Assembly: GCF_048403405.1 (NCBI RefSeq)
Contig: NZ_CP183129.1
DNA: 64,000 nt
Reading direction: 5' to 3' (one strand)
DNA from: Escherichia coli
GTDB taxonomy: Bacteria; Pseudomonadota; Gammaproteobacteria; Enterobacterales; Enterobacteriaceae
Under the pieces are notes generated by a model, which was not told the origin of the DNA, made no database searches, and saw nothing but the letters and a program-made list of their open reading frames with translations. This document shows positions 24,304 through 37,259 of this stretch, one piece after another. Position numbers and translations under genes: made by a program. Position 1 is the first letter of the stretch. Each line of letters starts with the position of its first letter.

Positions 24304-24930
24304 TCAGAGATACAGCGAGCGGACGATGAGGAAATGACCGGCAAAGTAGCAGGCCGCAGCAATCGCGTTGTCCGCACGGAAGCGTCGGCGATAGTGACTA
24401 CTCAGCCAGACAAAGTTACTGATAAATAGCAACGAAGCGCCGACAAACGCAGAGAGCGCCGGAGCGGTCGGACGGAAGAACCACAGTTCACCTGCCAGCC
24501 ACACCATCACCAGCGTCATGCCGATAAACGTGCAGATAGGCCAACGATACTCTTCCAGCCGCGTCCAGATAATCGCCAGTAACAGCGCACCCAGAACCAG
24601 CAACACCAGTGGCAGAGGCCAGAAGAAAGAGAGCGTCATCTGACTGGCGAAATAGATGGTGTACAGCAGGTGCGAGAGGAAAAACGCGCCGATGGCGTAC
24701 ATCAGACGTTGACGTGGCAACAGGGTTAGCGCATCGCCCAGCAGTGAGGCGCACAGCCCTGCCAGCACCAGATAGCTAATGGCGTCGAACATCGGCGCTT
24801 GCCAGGCCAGTAACAGCAGGAGAAGAAGGGTTAACGGTTTAAACACCCAGCGTTGCCAGGTTGGCCCACGATACGATGCATCCACAGATAGCCATGCGGA
24901 AAGACAGACAGCGATAAACGACCAAAGCAT
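24304..24930 (-). CDS. yhhN: YhhN-family membrane protein
   Basis: 208-aa multi-TM ORF; synteny. Confidence 0.85.
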   Translation of the reverse strand: MLWSFIAVCLSAWLSVDASYRGPTWQRWVFKPLTLLLLLLLAWQAPMFDAISYLVLAGLCASLLGDALTLLPRQRLMYAIGAFFLSHLLYTIYFASQMTLSFFWPLPLVLLVLGALLLAIIWTRLEEYRWPICTFIGMTLVMVWLAGELWFFRPTAPALSAFVGASLLFISNFVWLSSHYRRRFRADNAIAAACYFAGHFLIVRSLYL

Positions 24931-25070
24931 CTTAGTTCCTTGAATTCGTTATTTTTTCGTAAGCGGAATGCCTACGGTCTTGCTTCCAGTTTAGTGGCGA
25001 GGGTGGACGGATGACAACACCATAACTCGCAGGGTATGCTTAATTCCGCATTTTCCGATGAGGGATAAAG

Positions 25071-25430
25071 ATGAGCAAACCACCTCTTTTCTTTATTGTT
25101 ATCATTGGCTTAATCATCGTCGCCGCATCGTTTCGTTTTATGCAACAACGACGGGAAAAAGCTGATAATGATATGGCACCGCTCCAGCAAAAGTTGGTGG
25201 TGGTGAGCAACAAGCGGGAAAAACCGATTAACGATCGCCGTTCGCGCCAGCAGGAAGTGACTCCGGCAGGCACCAGTATGCGCTATGAGGCAAGCTTCAA
25301 ACCGCAAAGCGGAGGAATGGAGCAGACGTTTCGCCTCGACGCCCAGCAGTACCACGCCCTGACAGTGGGCGATAAAGGTACGCTGAGCTATAAAGGAACG
25401 CGCTTTGTCAGCTTTGTTGGCGAACAATAA
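25071..25430 (+). CDS. yhhM: DUF2500-family protein YhhM
   Basis: 119-aa ORF with N-terminal TM segment; synteny. Confidence 0.8.
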   Translation: MSKPPLFFIVIIGLIIVAASFRFMQQRREKADNDMAPLQQKLVVVSNKREKPINDRRSRQQEVTPAGTSMRYEASFKPQSGGMEQTFRLDAQQYHALTVGDKGTLSYKGTRFVSFVGEQ

Positions 25431-25432
25431 GG

Positions 25433-25702
25433 TTATTTTTTAACTTTAAATTTCTTCTGCCAGACCAACAGTTCAAACACGCCGAAAAGGAAAATCCGCA
25501 CCTTTTCGGCGGTGGTCATCTGCGGGCCATCTTTCGGTAAAGTGGATTTCAATAGCGCCAGTTGCATACCATGCATCAGCACGGTAAAAATCAGCGCCAC
25601 GTTAACGAAAATATTCAGCGGACGCGGGAAGGGATGCACCAGGTTGAGGATTAAAAATCCCCAAACGCAGAGCATTAACAAACGTCCAATATTAATCAAC
25701 AT
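25433..25702 (-). CDS. yhhL: DUF1145-family small membrane protein YhhL
   Basis: Likely 89-aa product starting MLINIGRLLMLCVWGF; the longer six-frame ORF overlaps rsmD. Confidence 0.7.
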   Translation of the reverse strand: MLINIGRLLMLCVWGFLILNLVHPFPRPLNIFVNVALIFTVLMHGMQLALLKSTLPKDGPQMTTAEKVRIFLFGVFELLVWQKKFKVKK

Positions 25703-26288
25703 CACTTTCTCCTTGTGCTTCGCGTTGATACAGCCGATAAGCCACCTGACCCGCCACTTTTTCCCGATGTAATGACCAGTTCGCCGGAACAGTGGGCAGA
25801 CCGTTTTCGACTTCGCTTTCGACATAAATCAGGGCTTCGTCAGCCAGCCAGCCGTTATCTTCCAGTAAATTTATCGTCTCTTCTAACAAGCCACGGCGGA
25901 ACGGTGGATCGACAAACACGATATTATGCGGTGTGCCTTTTTGCGCCAGGAATGACATTGCGTTGCTGTTCACCACGCGTGCATTGCCTGCTTTTAGTGT
26001 CGCCAGATTCTTAATTAACTGCTGAGAAACCGCGCGATCCATCTCAATCAACGTGGCCCCCGCAGCATAGCGCGACAACGCTTCCAGCCCTAGCGCGCCG
26101 CTTCCGGCGAAGCAATCCAGACATTGGGCGTCAACAATGACCGGAGCCAGCCAGTTAAACAACGTTTCGCGTACGCGGTCGGTGGTGGGGCGCAGACCTG
26201 GGCTATCAGGAACCGGGAGTTTACGGCCTCGCCACTGCCCGCCAATAATGCGGATTTGGCCGCTGCCGGAATGATTCGGTTTTTTCAT
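25692..26288 (-). CDS. rsmD: 16S rRNA (guanine966-N2)-methyltransferase RsmD
   Basis: 198-aa ORF with methyltransferase motifs (DCFAGSGALGLEALSR ... VFVDPPF). Confidence 0.9.
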   Translation of the reverse strand: MKKPNHSGSGQIRIIGGQWRGRKLPVPDSPGLRPTTDRVRETLFNWLAPVIVDAQCLDCFAGSGALGLEALSRYAAGATLIEMDRAVSQQLIKNLATLKAGNARVVNSNAMSFLAQKGTPHNIVFVDPPFRRGLLEETINLLEDNGWLADEALIYVESEVENGLPTVPANWSLHREKVAGQVAYRLYQREAQGESDVD

Positions 26289-26437
26289 GATAAATTGCTC
26301 AATCCGCCAGATAACACATACTTGCAGGCGGTGATGTGAATTAAGTTAAGTGATAGACTATTTCATCATTTTTTTAGCTGCTATGTACATAGCGTTAACG
26401 CTGTGCCATGAAGCAACAGCGAGGAGTGTAGTCGCAA

Positions 26438-27934
26438 ATGGCGAAAGAAAAAAAACGTGGCTTTTTTTCCTGGCTGGGCTTTGGTCAAAAAGAGCAAACC
26501 CCGGAAAAAGAGACAGAAGTTCAGAATGAACAACCGGTTGTAGAAGAAATCGTTCCGGCGCAAGAGCCTGCGAAGGCTTCTGAACAAGCCGTTGAAGAGC
26601 AGCCGCAGGCGCATACTGAAGCCGAGGCGGAAACTTTTGCTGCCGACGTTGTGGAAGTCACTGAACAGGTTGCTGAAAGTGAAAAAGCGCAGCCTGAAGC
26701 GGAAGTCGTTGCACAGCCGGAACCGGTCGTAGAAGAAACGCCGGAGCCAGTGGCTATCGAGCGTGAAGAGCTGCCGTTGCCGGAGGACGTCAACGCCGAA
26801 GAGGTTTCGCCAGAAGAGTGGCAGGCCGAAGCGGAAACCGTAGAGATTGTCGAAGCGGCGGAAGAAGAAGCGGCTAAAGAAGAAATCACCGACGAAGAGC
26901 TGGAAGCACAGGCGCTGGCTGCCGAAGCGGCAGAAGAGGCGGTGATGGTGGTTCCTCCGGCAGAAGAAGAGCAGCCGGTGGAAGAAATCGCTCAGGAGCA
27001 GGAAAAACCGACCAAAGAAGGTTTCTTCGCGCGCCTGAAACGCAGCCTGTTAAAAACCAAAGAAAATCTCGGTTCCGGATTTATCAGCCTGTTCCGCGGT
27101 AAAAAAATCGACGATGATCTGTTTGAAGAGCTGGAAGAACAGCTGTTGATCGCCGATGTGGGCGTGGAAACCACACGTAAAATTATCACCAATCTGACAG
27201 AAGGCGCATCCCGCAAGCAGCTTCGTGATGCCGAGGCGCTCTATGGCCTGCTGAAAGAAGAGATGGGCGAGATTCTGGCGAAAGTCGATGAGCCGCTGAA
27301 TGTTGAAGGTAAAACGCCGTTCGTGATCCTGATGGTAGGCGTCAACGGTGTGGGTAAAACCACGACGATTGGTAAGCTGGCGCGTCAGTTTGAGCAGCAG
27401 GGTAAATCGGTGATGCTGGCGGCGGGCGATACTTTCCGTGCGGCAGCGGTTGAACAGCTTCAGGTCTGGGGTCAGCGCAACAATATTCCGGTGATTGCCC
27501 AGCATACCGGTGCGGATTCCGCCTCTGTTATCTTCGACGCCATTCAGGCCGCTAAAGCGCGTAATATCGACGTCCTGATTGCCGATACCGCCGGACGCCT
27601 GCAGAACAAATCGCACCTGATGGAAGAGTTGAAGAAAATCGTCCGCGTGATGAAGAAACTCGACGTTGAAGCGCCGCATGAAGTTATGCTGACTATCGAT
27701 GCCAGCACCGGGCAGAACGCGGTAAGCCAGGCCAAACTGTTCCATGAAGCCGTTGGCTTAACCGGCATCACGCTAACGAAACTGGACGGCACGGCGAAAG
27801 GCGGGGTAATTTTCTCGGTGGCTGACCAGTTTGGTATCCCTATCCGCTACATTGGTGTCGGCGAACGTATTGAGGATTTGCGTCCGTTTAAGGCGGACGA
27901 CTTTATAGAGGCACTTTTTGCCCGAGAGGATTAA
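26438..27934 (+). CDS. ftsY: Signal recognition particle receptor FtsY
   Basis: 498-aa ORF; acidic N-terminal A domain, NG domain with GVNGVGKTTT and DTAGR motifs. Confidence 0.95.
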   Translation: MAKEKKRGFFSWLGFGQKEQTPEKETEVQNEQPVVEEIVPAQEPAKASEQAVEEQPQAHTEAEAETFAADVVEVTEQVAESEKAQPEAEVVAQPEPVVEETPEPVAIEREELPLPEDVNAEEVSPEEWQAEAETVEIVEAAEEEAAKEEITDEELEAQALAAEAAEEAVMVVPPAEEEQPVEEIAQEQEKPTKEGFFARLKRSLLKTKENLGSGFISLFRGKKIDDDLFEELEEQLLIADVGVETTRKIITNLTEGASRKQLRDAEALYGLLKEEMGEILAKVDEPLNVEGKTPFVILMVGVNGVGKTTTIGKLARQFEQQGKSVMLAAGDTFRAAAVEQLQVWGQRNNIPVIAQHTGADSASVIFDAIQAAKARNIDVLIADTAGRLQNKSHLMEELKKIVRVMKKLDVEAPHEVMLTIDASTGQNAVSQAKLFHEAVGLTGITLTKLDGTAKGGVIFSVADQFGIPIRYIGVGERIEDLRPFKADDFIEALFARED

Positions 27935-27936
27935 CA

Positions 27937-28605
27937 ATGATTCGCTTTGAACATGTCAGCAAGGCTTATCTCGGTGGGAGACAGGCGCTGCAGGGCGTTA
28001 CGTTCCATATGCAGCCGGGTGAGATGGCGTTTCTGACCGGTCATTCCGGCGCAGGGAAAAGTACCCTCCTGAAGCTGATCTGTGGGATTGAGCGGCCCAG
28101 CGCCGGGAAAATCTGGTTTAGCGGCCATGACATCACGCGTCTGAAAAACCGTGAAGTTCCGTTTCTGCGCCGCCAGATTGGCATGATTTTCCAGGATCAC
28201 CATCTACTGATGGACCGTACTGTCTACGATAACGTGGCGATCCCGCTGATTATCGCCGGTGCCAGCGGTGACGATATTCGTCGCCGGGTGTCGGCGGCAC
28301 TGGATAAAGTCGGGCTACTGGACAAAGCGAAGAACTTTCCTATTCAGCTTTCCGGCGGTGAACAACAGCGTGTTGGCATTGCCCGCGCGGTGGTGAACAA
28401 GCCCGCGGTACTGCTGGCGGATGAACCGACTGGTAACCTTGACGACGCGTTGTCAGAAGGGATTTTACGTCTGTTTGAAGAGTTTAACCGCGTTGGGGTA
28501 ACCGTATTGATGGCAACGCACGACATCAACCTGATCTCGCGGCGTTCCTATCGCATGCTCACCCTGAGCGATGGTCACTTGCATGGAGGCGTGGGCCATG
28601 AATAA
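27937..28605 (+). CDS. ftsE: Cell division ATP-binding protein FtsE
   Basis: 222-aa ABC ATPase ([17 protein letters not shown]). Confidence 0.95.
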
Positions 28606-29656
28606 GCGCGATGCAATCAATCATATTCGGCAGTTTGGCGGGCGTCTGGATCGCTTCCGTAAATCGGTCGGCGGCTCAGGCGACGGCGGTCGTAACGCGC
28701 CGAAACGCGCGAAATCCTCGCCAAAACCGGTAAATCGCAAAACCAACGTTTTCAACGAACAGGTGCGCTATGCCTTCCACGGCGCATTGCAGGATCTGAA
28801 AAGCAAACCGTTCGCCACGTTTTTAACGGTGATGGTTATCGCCATCTCTCTGACGCTGCCCAGCGTCTGTTATATGGTGTACAAAAACGTTAACCAGGCG
28901 GCGACGCAGTATTATCCGTCACCGCAAATCACTGTTTATCTGCAAAAAACGCTGGACGATGACGCTGCTGCGGGCGTGGTGGCACAGTTGCAGGCCGAGC
29001 AAGGCGTGGAGAAAGTGAACTATCTTTCTCGTGAAGACGCGCTGGGCGAGTTCCGTAACTGGTCTGGTTTTGGTGGTGCGCTGGATATGCTGGAAGAAAA
29101 CCCGCTTCCGGCAGTGGCGGTGGTGATCCCGAAACTCGATTTTCAGGGGACAGAATCACTGAATACGCTGCGTGATCGTATCACCCAGATCAACGGCATT
29201 GACGAAGTGCGGATGGATGACAGCTGGTTTGCCCGTCTGGCGGCGTTAACCGGGCTGGTCGGGCGCGTTTCGGCGATGATCGGCGTGTTGATGGTGGCGG
29301 CAGTGTTCCTCGTCATCGGCAACAGTGTGCGTCTGAGCATCTTTGCTCGCCGTGACTCCATTAACGTGCAGAAACTGATTGGTGCGACGGATGGTTTCAT
29401 CCTGCGCCCGTTCCTGTACGGAGGCGCATTGCTGGGATTTTCTGGCGCATTGCTGTCATTAATTTTGTCAGAAATTCTGGTACTGCGTTTGTCATCGGCG
29501 GTTGCAGAAGTGGCACAGGTTTTCGGAACGAAGTTTGATATCAATGGCTTATCGTTCGATGAATGCCTGCTGTTGCTGCTGGTATGCTCGATGATTGGCT
29601 GGGTGGCAGCGTGGCTTGCCACGGTACAACATTTACGCCACTTTACGCCTGAATAA
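28598..29656 (+). CDS. ftsX: Cell division permease-like protein FtsX
   Basis: Start [13 protein letters not shown] (352 aa), overlapping ftsE end; 4 TM segments. Confidence 0.9.
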
Positions 29657-29779
29657 TAAAAGCGTGTTATACTCTTTCCCTGCAATGGGTTCCGTAGCAG
29701 GGAAAGAGACCCCGTTGTCTCTTCCCGGTATTTCATCTCTATGTCACATTTTGTGCGTAATTTATTCACAAGCTTGCAT

Positions 29780-29806
29780 TGAACTTGTGGATAAAATCAC
29801 GGTCTG
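29780..29806 (+). promoter_or_regulatory. Sigma-E dependent promoter (rpoH P3-like): GAACTT-N16-TCTGA
   Basis: Motif gaacttgtggataaaatcacggtctga read directly about 100 bp upstream of rpoH. Confidence 0.65.
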
Positions 29807-29900
29807 ATAAAACAGTGAATGATAACCTCGTTGCTCTTAAGCTCTGGCACAGTTGTTGCTACCACTGAAGCGCCAGAAGATATCGATTGAGAGGATTTGA

Positions 29901-30755
29901 ATGACTGACAAAATGCAAAGTTTAGCTTTAGCCCCAGTTGGCAACCTGGATTCCTACATCCGGGCAGCTAGCGCGTGGCCGATGTTGTCGGCTGACGAGG
30001 AGCGGGCGCTGGCTGAAAAGCTGCATTACCATGGCGATCTGGAAGCAGCTAAAACGCTGATCCTGTCTCACCTGCGGTTTGTTGTTCATATTGCTCGTAA
30101 TTATGCGGGCTATGGCCTGCCACAGGCGGATTTGATTCAGGAAGGTAACATCGGCCTGATGAAAGCAGTGCGCCGTTTTAACCCGGAAGTGGGTGTGCGC
30201 CTGGTCTCCTTCGCCGTCCACTGGATCAAAGCAGAGATCCACGAATACGTTCTGCGTAACTGGCGTATCGTCAAAGTTGCGACCACCAAAGCGCAGCGCA
30301 AACTGTTCTTCAACCTGCGTAAAACCAAGCAGCGTCTGGGCTGGTTTAACCAGGATGAAGTTGAAATGGTGGCCCGTGAACTGGGCGTAACCAGCAAAGA
30401 CGTACGTGAGATGGAGTCGCGTATGGCGGCACAGGACATGACCTTTGACCTGTCTTCCGACGACGATTCCGATAGCCAGCCGATGGCTCCGGTGCTCTAT
30501 CTGCAGGATAAATCATCTAACTTTGCTGACGGCATTGAAGATGATAACTGGGAAGAGCAGGCGGCAAACCGTCTGACCGACGCGATGCAAGGTCTGGACG
30601 AGCGTAGCCAGGATATCATCCGCGCGCGCTGGCTGGACGAAGACAACAAGTCCACGTTGCAGGAACTGGCTGACCGTTACGGTGTTTCCGCTGAGCGTGT
30701 GCGCCAGCTGGAAAAGAACGCGATGAAAAAACTTCGCGCTGCCATTGAAGCGTAA
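29901..30755 (+). CDS. rpoH: RNA polymerase sigma-32 factor RpoH
   Basis: 284-aa ORF; [24 protein letters not shown]-terminus; sigma-70 family regions. Confidence 0.95.
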   Translation: MTDKMQSLALAPVGNLDSYIRAASAWPMLSADEERALAEKLHYHGDLEAAKTLILSHLRFVVHIARNYAGYGLPQADLIQEGNIGLMKAVRRFNPEVGVRLVSFAVHWIKAEIHEYVLRNWRIVKVATTKAQRKLFFNLRKTKQRLGWFNQDEVEMVARELGVTSKDVREMESRMAAQDMTFDLSSDDDSDSQPMAPVLYLQDKSSNFADGIEDDNWEEQAANRLTDAMQGLDERSQDIIRARWLDEDNKSTLQELADRYGVSAERVRQLEKNAMKKLRAAIEA

Positions 30756-30776
30756 TTTCCGCTACTAAGCAGAGAA

Positions 30777-30808
30777 CCCTGGATGAGAATCCGGGGTTTT
30801 TGTTTTTT
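30777..30808 (+). terminator. Rho-independent terminator after rpoH
   Basis: Hairpin ccctgga...tccgggg followed by tttttgtttttt. Confidence 0.6.
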
Positions 30809-31026
30809 GGGCCTCTGCAATAATCAGTTTCCCCTTCTGGCAAAACGCCAATCCCCACGCAGATTGTTAATAAACTGTCAAAATAGCTATTCCAATATCA
30901 TAAAAATCGGGTATGTTTTAGCAGAGTATGCTGCTAAAGCACGGGTAGTCATGCATAAAACGAAATAAAGTGCTGAACAACAACATCACAACACACGTAA
31001 TAACCAGAAGAATGGGGAACCTCAGG

Positions 31027-32130
31027 ATGAACATGAAGGGTAAAGCGTTACTGGCAGGATGTATCGCGCTGGCATTCAGCAATATGGCTCTGGCAGAAGA
31101 TATTAAAGTCGCGGTCGTGGGCGCAATGTCCGGTCCGGTGGCCCAGTACGGTGACCAGGAGTTTACTGGTGCTGAGCAGGCGGTTGCGGATATCAATGCT
31201 AAAGGTGGTATCAAAGGCAACAAACTGCAAATCGTGAAATATGACGATGCCTGTGACCCGAAACAGGCGGTTGCGGTGGCGAACAAAGTCGTTAACGACG
31301 GCATTAAATATGTGATTGGTCACCTCTGTTCTTCATCAACGCAGCCAGCGTCAGACATCTACGAAGACGAAGGCATTTTAATGATCACCCCAGCGGCAAC
31401 CGCACCAGAGCTGACCGCCCGTGGCTATAACTTGATTATGCGCACCACCGGTCTGGACTCCGACCAGGGGCCGACGGCGGCGAAATATATTCTTGAGAAA
31501 GTGAAACCGCAGCGTATTGCTATCGTCCACGACAAACAGCAGTACGGCGAAGGTCTGGCGCGTGCGGTGCAGGACGGCCTGAAGAAAGGCAATGCTAACG
31601 TGGTGTTCTTTGATGGCATCACCGCCGGGGAAAAAGATTTCTCTACGCTGGTGGCGCGTCTGAAAAAAGAGAATATCGACTTCGTTTACTACGGCGGTTA
31701 TCACCCGGAAATGGGGCAGATCCTGCGTCAGGCACGCGCGGCAGGGTTGAAAACTCAGTTTATGGGGCCGGAAGGCGTGGCTAACGTCTCGCTGTCTAAC
31801 ATTGCGGGCGAATCAGCGGAAGGGCTGCTGGTGACCAAGCCGAAGAACTACGATCAGGTTCCGGCGAACAAACCCATTGTTGACGCGATCAAAGCGAAAA
31901 AACAGGACCCAAGCGGCGCGTTCGTCTGGACCACCTACGCCGCGCTGCAATCTTTGCAGGCGGGCCTGAATCAGTCTGACGATCCGGCAGAAATCGCCAA
32001 ATACCTGAAAGCGAACTCCGTGGATACCGTGATGGGACCGCTGACCTGGGATGAGAAAGGCGATCTGAAAGGCTTTGAGTTCGGCGTATTTGACTGGCAC
32101 GCCAACGGCACGGCGACTGATGCGAAGTAA
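31027..32130 (+). CDS. livJ: Leu/Ile/Val-binding periplasmic protein LivJ
   Basis: Start [23 protein letters not shown] (signal peptide); paralogous to livK product. Confidence 0.9.
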   Translation: MNMKGKALLAGCIALAFSNMALAEDIKVAVVGAMSGPVAQYGDQEFTGAEQAVADINAKGGIKGNKLQIVKYDDACDPKQAVAVANKVVNDGIKYVIGHLCSSSTQPASDIYEDEGILMITPAATAPELTARGYNLIMRTTGLDSDQGPTAAKYILEKVKPQRIAIVHDKQQYGEGLARAVQDGLKKGNANVVFFDGITAGEKDFSTLVARLKKENIDFVYYGGYHPEMGQILRQARAAGLKTQFMGPEGVANVSLSNIAGESAEGLLVTKPKNYDQVPANKPIVDAIKAKKQDPSGAFVWTTYAALQSLQAGLNQSDDPAEIAKYLKANSVDTVMGPLTWDEKGDLKGFEFGVFDWHANGTATDAK

Positions 32131-32187
32131 TCATTAATCGGCAACTTTGGGTTGCCGCCAAATTGCTAATATCGAGTACGTTGCTTC

Positions 32188-32288
<101 letters not shown>

Positions 32289-32329
32289 AATTTCTCGTTG
32301 GTCGTCACTTTTGAAATCAAACTTGACGA

Positions 32330-32713
32330 TTAACGCTTCTCCCAGCCGCCCTGTTGTGCCGTAAATCCCAGAGCCTGCATAAACGCTGTCATCACGCCGC
32401 GATCTTCCATGCCTGCATCCGCCATCCACCAGCATGAAACGCCAGGATTGTTACGCAAAACCTCTTCCAGCAGATATTGCCCCACACCGCGACGGCGGGT
32501 GACTTCCCGCACGCGCAGGGAATCCAGTGCGCCCTCCGTGCCGCTTAAGGTTACCCGCACGGCCGCGAGAAGGCGCTCGTTAAAACGCGCGGCGTAGATA
32601 CGGTGGTTATCGTCAACCTGTAAAGAGGAAGGGGAATACTCCGGCCAGATCTTTTGCAGGTCAATCTGGTCCTGGTCGCTAAAGTTTTCTAATCGAATGA
32701 TGGTCAGCTTCAT
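32330..32713 (-). CDS. panM: PanD maturation factor PanM (GNAT family)
   Basis: 127-aa ORF; position between livJ and livK. Confidence 0.85.
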   Translation of the reverse strand: MKLTIIRLENFSDQDQIDLQKIWPEYSPSSLQVDDNHRIYAARFNERLLAAVRVTLSGTEGALDSLRVREVTRRRGVGQYLLEEVLRNNPGVSCWWMADAGMEDRGVMTAFMQALGFTAQQGGWEKR

Positions 32714-33136
32714 GGGGAACCCGTGTAAATCACAAAAGTGGAACCAGTGTAGCGAAATAATTTAATCGGAGGCTTTCTCTTTTTTATTTCTTTTGGCAGG
32801 TGATTAATTTTTTAACAGCAATAATTACAAAGTTAAAACATTAGAGAATGAAAAATACCCAGCATAATCCCCTGAATGGTAGTGAATTATTCCGCCCTTT
32901 GTGCCGTTATTTTATGCTGACAACGGCACTTTTTTCTGTTTATCTATCAATAAATGCAGAATATTATCTGTTCTTAATCGACTGAAAAATAGGGATTTTA
33001 ATCGCTATTATCACAAAATACTGCGCTAAACCCTTAATCAGACAGGCAAAAACAGTGCAGTATAAAAAAAGAACAGTCTGATTTGTTAACACATAAAAAC
33101 AAAGCAACACAACATCACGAATGGGGATTTTTGACT

Positions 33137-34246
33137 ATGAAACGGAATGCGAAACCTATCATCGCAGGGATGATTGCACTGGCAATTTCACACACCGCTA
33201 TGGCTGACGATATTAAAGTCGCCGTTGTCGGCGCGATGTCCGGCCCGATTGCCCAGTGGGGCGATATGGAATTTAACGGCGCGCGTCAGGCGATTAAAGA
33301 CATTAATGCCAAAGGGGGAATTAAAGGCGATAAGCTGGTTGGCGTGGAATATGACGACGCCTGCGACCCGAAACAAGCCGTTGCGGTCGCCAACAAAATC
33401 GTTAACGACGGCATTAAATACGTTATTGGGCACTTGTGTTCCTCCTCTACCCAACCTGCATCAGATATCTACGAAGACGAAGGTATTCTGATGATCTCGC
33501 CGGGAGCGACCAACCCGGAGCTGACCCAACGCGGTTATCAATACATCATGCGTACTGCCGGGCTGGACTCTTCCCAGGGGCCAACGGCGGCAAAATACAT
33601 TCTTGAGACGGTGAAGCCCCAGCGCATCGCCATCATTCATGACAAACAACAGTATGGCGAAGGGCTGGCACGTTCGGTGCAGGACGGGCTGAAAGCGGCT
33701 AACGCCAACGTCGTCTTCTTCGACGGCATCACCGCTGGCGAGAAAGATTTCTCCGCGCTGATCGCCCGCCTGAAAAAAGAAAATATCGACTTCGTTTACT
33801 ACGGCGGTTACTACCCGGAAATGGGGCAGATGCTGCGCCAGGCCCGTTCTGTCGGCCTGAAAACCCAATTTATGGGGCCGGAAGGTGTGGGTAATGCGTC
33901 GTTGTCGAATATTGCTGGCGATGCTGCCGAAGGCATGTTGGTCACTATGCCAAAACGCTATGACCAGGATCCGGCAAATCAGGGCATCGTTGATGCGCTG
34001 AAAGCAGACAAGAAAGATCCGTCCGGGCCATATGTCTGGATCACTTACGCGGCGGTGCAATCTCTGGCGACTGCACTTGAGCGTACCGGCAGCGATGAGC
34101 CGCTGGCACTGGTGAAAGATTTAAAAGCTAACGGTGCAAACACCGTGATTGGGCCGCTGAACTGGGATGAAAAAGGCGATCTTAAGGGATTTGATTTTGG
34201 TGTCTTCCAGTGGCACGCCGACGGTTCATCCACGGCAGCCAAGTGA
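33137..34246 (+). CDS. livK: Leucine-specific binding protein LivK
   Basis: Start [23 protein letters not shown]; 369 aa; paralog of LivJ. Confidence 0.9.
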   Translation: MKRNAKPIIAGMIALAISHTAMADDIKVAVVGAMSGPIAQWGDMEFNGARQAIKDINAKGGIKGDKLVGVEYDDACDPKQAVAVANKIVNDGIKYVIGHLCSSSTQPASDIYEDEGILMISPGATNPELTQRGYQYIMRTAGLDSSQGPTAAKYILETVKPQRIAIIHDKQQYGEGLARSVQDGLKAANANVVFFDGITAGEKDFSALIARLKKENIDFVYYGGYYPEMGQMLRQARSVGLKTQFMGPEGVGNASLSNIAGDAAEGMLVTMPKRYDQDPANQGIVDALKADKKDPSGPYVWITYAAVQSLATALERTGSDEPLALVKDLKANGANTVIGPLNWDEKGDLKGFDFGVFQWHADGSSTAAK

Positions 34247-34293
34247 TCATCCCACCGCCCGTAAAATGCGGGCGGGTTTAGAAAGGTTACCTT

Positions 34294-35220
34294 ATGTCTG
34301 AGCAGTTTTTGTATTTCTTGCAGCAGATGTTTAACGGCGTCACGCTGGGCAGTACCTACGCGCTGATAGCCATCGGCTACACCATGGTTTACGGCATTAT
34401 CGGCATGATCAACTTCGCCCACGGCGAGGTTTATATGATTGGTAGCTATGTCTCCTTTATGATCATCGCCGCACTGATGATGATGGGCATTGATACCGGC
34501 TGGCTGCTGGTGGCGGCGGGATTCGTCGGCGCAATCGTCATTGCCAGCGCCTACGGCTGGAGTATCGAACGGGTAGCCTATCGTCCGGTGCGTAACTCTA
34601 AGCGCCTGATTGCGCTTATTTCCGCAATCGGCATGTCTATCTTCCTGCAAAACTACGTTAGCCTGACCGAAGGTTCGCGCGACGTGGCGCTGCCCAGCCT
34701 GTTTAACGGTCAGTGGGTGGTGGGCCATAGCGAAAACTTCTCTGCCTCTATTACCACCATGCAGGCGGTGATATGGATTGTTACTTTCCTCGCCATGCTG
34801 GCGCTGACGATTTTCATTCGCTATTCCCGTATGGGGCGCGCCTGCCGTGCCTGCGCGGAAGATCTGAAAATGGCGAGCCTGCTTGGCATCAACACCGACC
34901 GGGTGATTGCGCTGACCTTTGTGATTGGCGCGGCGATGGCGGCGGTGGCGGGTGTGCTGCTCGGTCAGTTCTACGGCGTCATTAACCCCTACATCGGCTT
35001 TATGGCCGGGATGAAAGCCTTTACCGCTGCGGTGCTCGGTGGGATTGGCAGCATTCCGGGAGCGATGATTGGCGGCCTGATTCTGGGGATTGCGGAGGCG
35101 CTCTCTTCTGCCTATCTGAGTACGGAATATAAAGATGTGGTCTCATTCGCCCTGCTGATTCTGGTGTTGCTGGTGATGCCGACCGGTATTCTGGGTCGCC
35201 CGGAGGTAGAGAAAGTATGA
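34294..35220 (+). CDS. livH: Branched-chain amino acid ABC permease LivH
   Basis: 308-aa multi-TM ORF; operon order. Confidence 0.95.
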   Translation: MSEQFLYFLQQMFNGVTLGSTYALIAIGYTMVYGIIGMINFAHGEVYMIGSYVSFMIIAALMMMGIDTGWLLVAAGFVGAIVIASAYGWSIERVAYRPVRNSKRLIALISAIGMSIFLQNYVSLTEGSRDVALPSLFNGQWVVGHSENFSASITTMQAVIWIVTFLAMLALTIFIRYSRMGRACRACAEDLKMASLLGINTDRVIALTFVIGAAMAAVAGVLLGQFYGVINPYIGFMAGMKAFTAAVLGGIGSIPGAMIGGLILGIAEALSSAYLSTEYKDVVSFALLILVLLVMPTGILGRPEVEKV

Positions 35221-36494
35221 AACCGATGCATATTGCAATGGCGCTGCTTTCTGCCGCGATGTTCTTTGTCCTCGCTGGCGTCTTTATGGGCGTGCAACTG
35301 GAGCTGGATGGCACCAAACTGGTGGTCGATAGCGCTTCGGATGTCCGTTGGCAGTGGGTGTTTATCGGCACGGCGGTGGTCTTTTTCTTCCAGCTTTTGC
35401 GACCGGCTTTCCAGAAAGGGTTGAAAAGCATTTCCGGACCGAAGTTTATTCTGCCAGCGATTGATGGCTCCACGGTGAAGCAAAAGCTGTTTCTCGTGGC
35501 GCTGCTGGTGCTTGCGGTGGCGTGGCCGTTTATGGTTTCACGTGGGACGGTGGATATCGCCACTCTGACCATGATCTACATTATTCTTGGTCTCGGGCTG
35601 AACGTGGTGGTAGGGCTTTCTGGTCTGCTGGTGCTCGGTTACGGCGGCTTTTACGCCATCGGCGCTTACACCTTTGCGCTGCTCAATCACTATTACGGTC
35701 TGGGGTTCTGGACCTGTCTGCCGATTGCCGGGTTAATGGCGGCGGCGGCGGGCTTCCTGCTCGGCTTTCCGGTGCTGCGTCTGCGCGGTGACTATCTGGC
35801 GATCGTTACCCTCGGTTTCGGCGAAATTGTGCGCATATTGCTGCTCAATAACACCGAAATCACCGGCGGCCCGAACGGGATCAGTCAGATCCCGAAACCG
35901 ACTTTTTTCGGCCTTGAGTTCAGCCGTACCGCTCGTGAAGGCGGCTGGGACACGTTCAGTAATTTCTTTGGCCTGAAATACGATCCCTCCGATCGTGTCA
36001 TCTTCCTCTACCTGGTGGCGTTGCTGCTGGTGGTGCTAAGCCTGTTTGTCATTAACCGCCTGCTGCGGATGCCGCTGGGGCGTGCGTGGGAAGCGTTACG
36101 TGAAGATGAAATCGCCTGCCGTTCGCTGGGCTTAAGCCCGCGTCGTATCAAGCTGACTGCCTTTACCATAAGTGCCGCGTTTGCCGGTTTTGCCGGAACG
36201 CTGTTTGCTGCGCGTCAGGGCTTTGTCAGCCCGGAATCCTTCACCTTTGCTGAATCAGCCTTTGTACTGGCGATAGTGGTGCTCGGCGGTATGGGCTCGC
36301 AATTTGCAGTGATTCTGGCGGCTGTTCTGCTGGTGGTATCGCGCGAGTTGATGCGTGATTTCAACGAATACAGCATGTTAATGCTCGGTGGTTTGATGGT
36401 GCTGATGATGATCTGGCGTCCGCAGGGCTTGCTGCCCATGACGCGCCCGCAACTGAAGCTGAAAAACGGCGCAGCGAAAGGAGAGCAGGCATGA
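35217..36494 (+). CDS. livM: Branched-chain amino acid ABC permease LivM
   Basis: 425-aa multi-TM ORF; 4-bp overlap with livH. Confidence 0.95.
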   Translation: MKPMHIAMALLSAAMFFVLAGVFMGVQLELDGTKLVVDSASDVRWQWVFIGTAVVFFFQLLRPAFQKGLKSISGPKFILPAIDGSTVKQKLFLVALLVLAVAWPFMVSRGTVDIATLTMIYIILGLGLNVVVGLSGLLVLGYGGFYAIGAYTFALLNHYYGLGFWTCLPIAGLMAAAAGFLLGFPVLRLRGDYLAIVTLGFGEIVRILLLNNTEITGGPNGISQIPKPTFFGLEFSRTAREGGWDTFSNFFGLKYDPSDRVIFLYLVALLLVVLSLFVINRLLRMPLGRAWEALREDEIACRSLGLSPRRIKLTAFTISAAFAGFAGTLFAARQGFVSPESFTFAESAFVLAIVVLGGMGSQFAVILAAVLLVVSRELMRDFNEYSMLMLGGLMVLMMIWRPQGLLPMTRPQLKLKNGAAKGEQA

Positions 36495-37258
36495 GTCAGC
36501 CATTATTATCCGTTAACGGCCTGATGATGCGCTTCGGCGGCCTGCTGGCGGTGAACAACGTCAATCTCGAATTGTACCCGCAGGAGATCGTCTCGTTAAT
36601 CGGCCCTAACGGTGCCGGAAAAACCACGGTCTTCAACTGCCTGACCGGATTCTACAAACCCACCGGCGGTACCATTTTACTGCGCGATCAGCACCTGGAA
36701 GGTTTACCGGGGCAGCAAATCGCCCGCATGGGCGTGGTGCGCACCTTCCAGCATGTGCGTCTGTTCCGTGAAATGACGGTGATTGAAAACCTGCTGGTGG
36801 CGCAGCATCAGCAACTGAAAACCGGGCTGTTCTCTGGCCTGTTGAAAACGCCTTCTTTCCGTCGCGCCCAGAGCGAAGCGCTCGACCGCGCCGCTACCTG
36901 GCTTGAGCGCATTGGTTTGCTGGAACATGCCAACCGTCAGGCGAGTAACCTGGCCTATGGTGACCAGCGTCGTCTGGAGATTGCCCGCTGCATGGTGACG
37001 CAGCCGGAGATTTTAATGCTCGACGAACCTGCGGCAGGTCTTAACCCGAAAGAGACGAAAGAGCTGGATGAGCTGATTGCCGAACTGCGTAACCATCACA
37101 ACACCACTATCTTGTTGATTGAACACGATATGAAGCTGGTGATGGGGATTTCAGACAGAATTTACGTGGTCAATCAGGGGACGCCGCTGGCAAACGGTAC
37201 GCCGGAGCAGATCCGTAATAACCCGGACGTGATCCGTGCCTATTTAGGTGAGGCATAA
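36491..37258 (+). CDS. livG: Branched-chain amino acid ABC ATPase LivG
   Basis: 255-aa ORF, Walker [10 protein letters not shown]. Confidence 0.95.
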   Translation: MSQPLLSVNGLMMRFGGLLAVNNVNLELYPQEIVSLIGPNGAGKTTVFNCLTGFYKPTGGTILLRDQHLEGLPGQQIARMGVVRTFQHVRLFREMTVIENLLVAQHQQLKTGLFSGLLKTPSFRRAQSEALDRAATWLERIGLLEHANRQASNLAYGDQRRLEIARCMVTQPEILMLDEPAAGLNPKETKELDELIAELRNHHNTTILLIEHDMKLVMGISDRIYVVNQGTPLANGTPEQIRNNPDVIRAYLGEA

Positions 37259-37259
37259 G

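Noticed and set aside
26521-26889. Minus-strand Ser/Thr/Ala-rich ORF inside ftsY
   Set aside because: Antisense to the acidic, GAA/GAG-rich A-domain coding region of ftsY; a compositional artefact.
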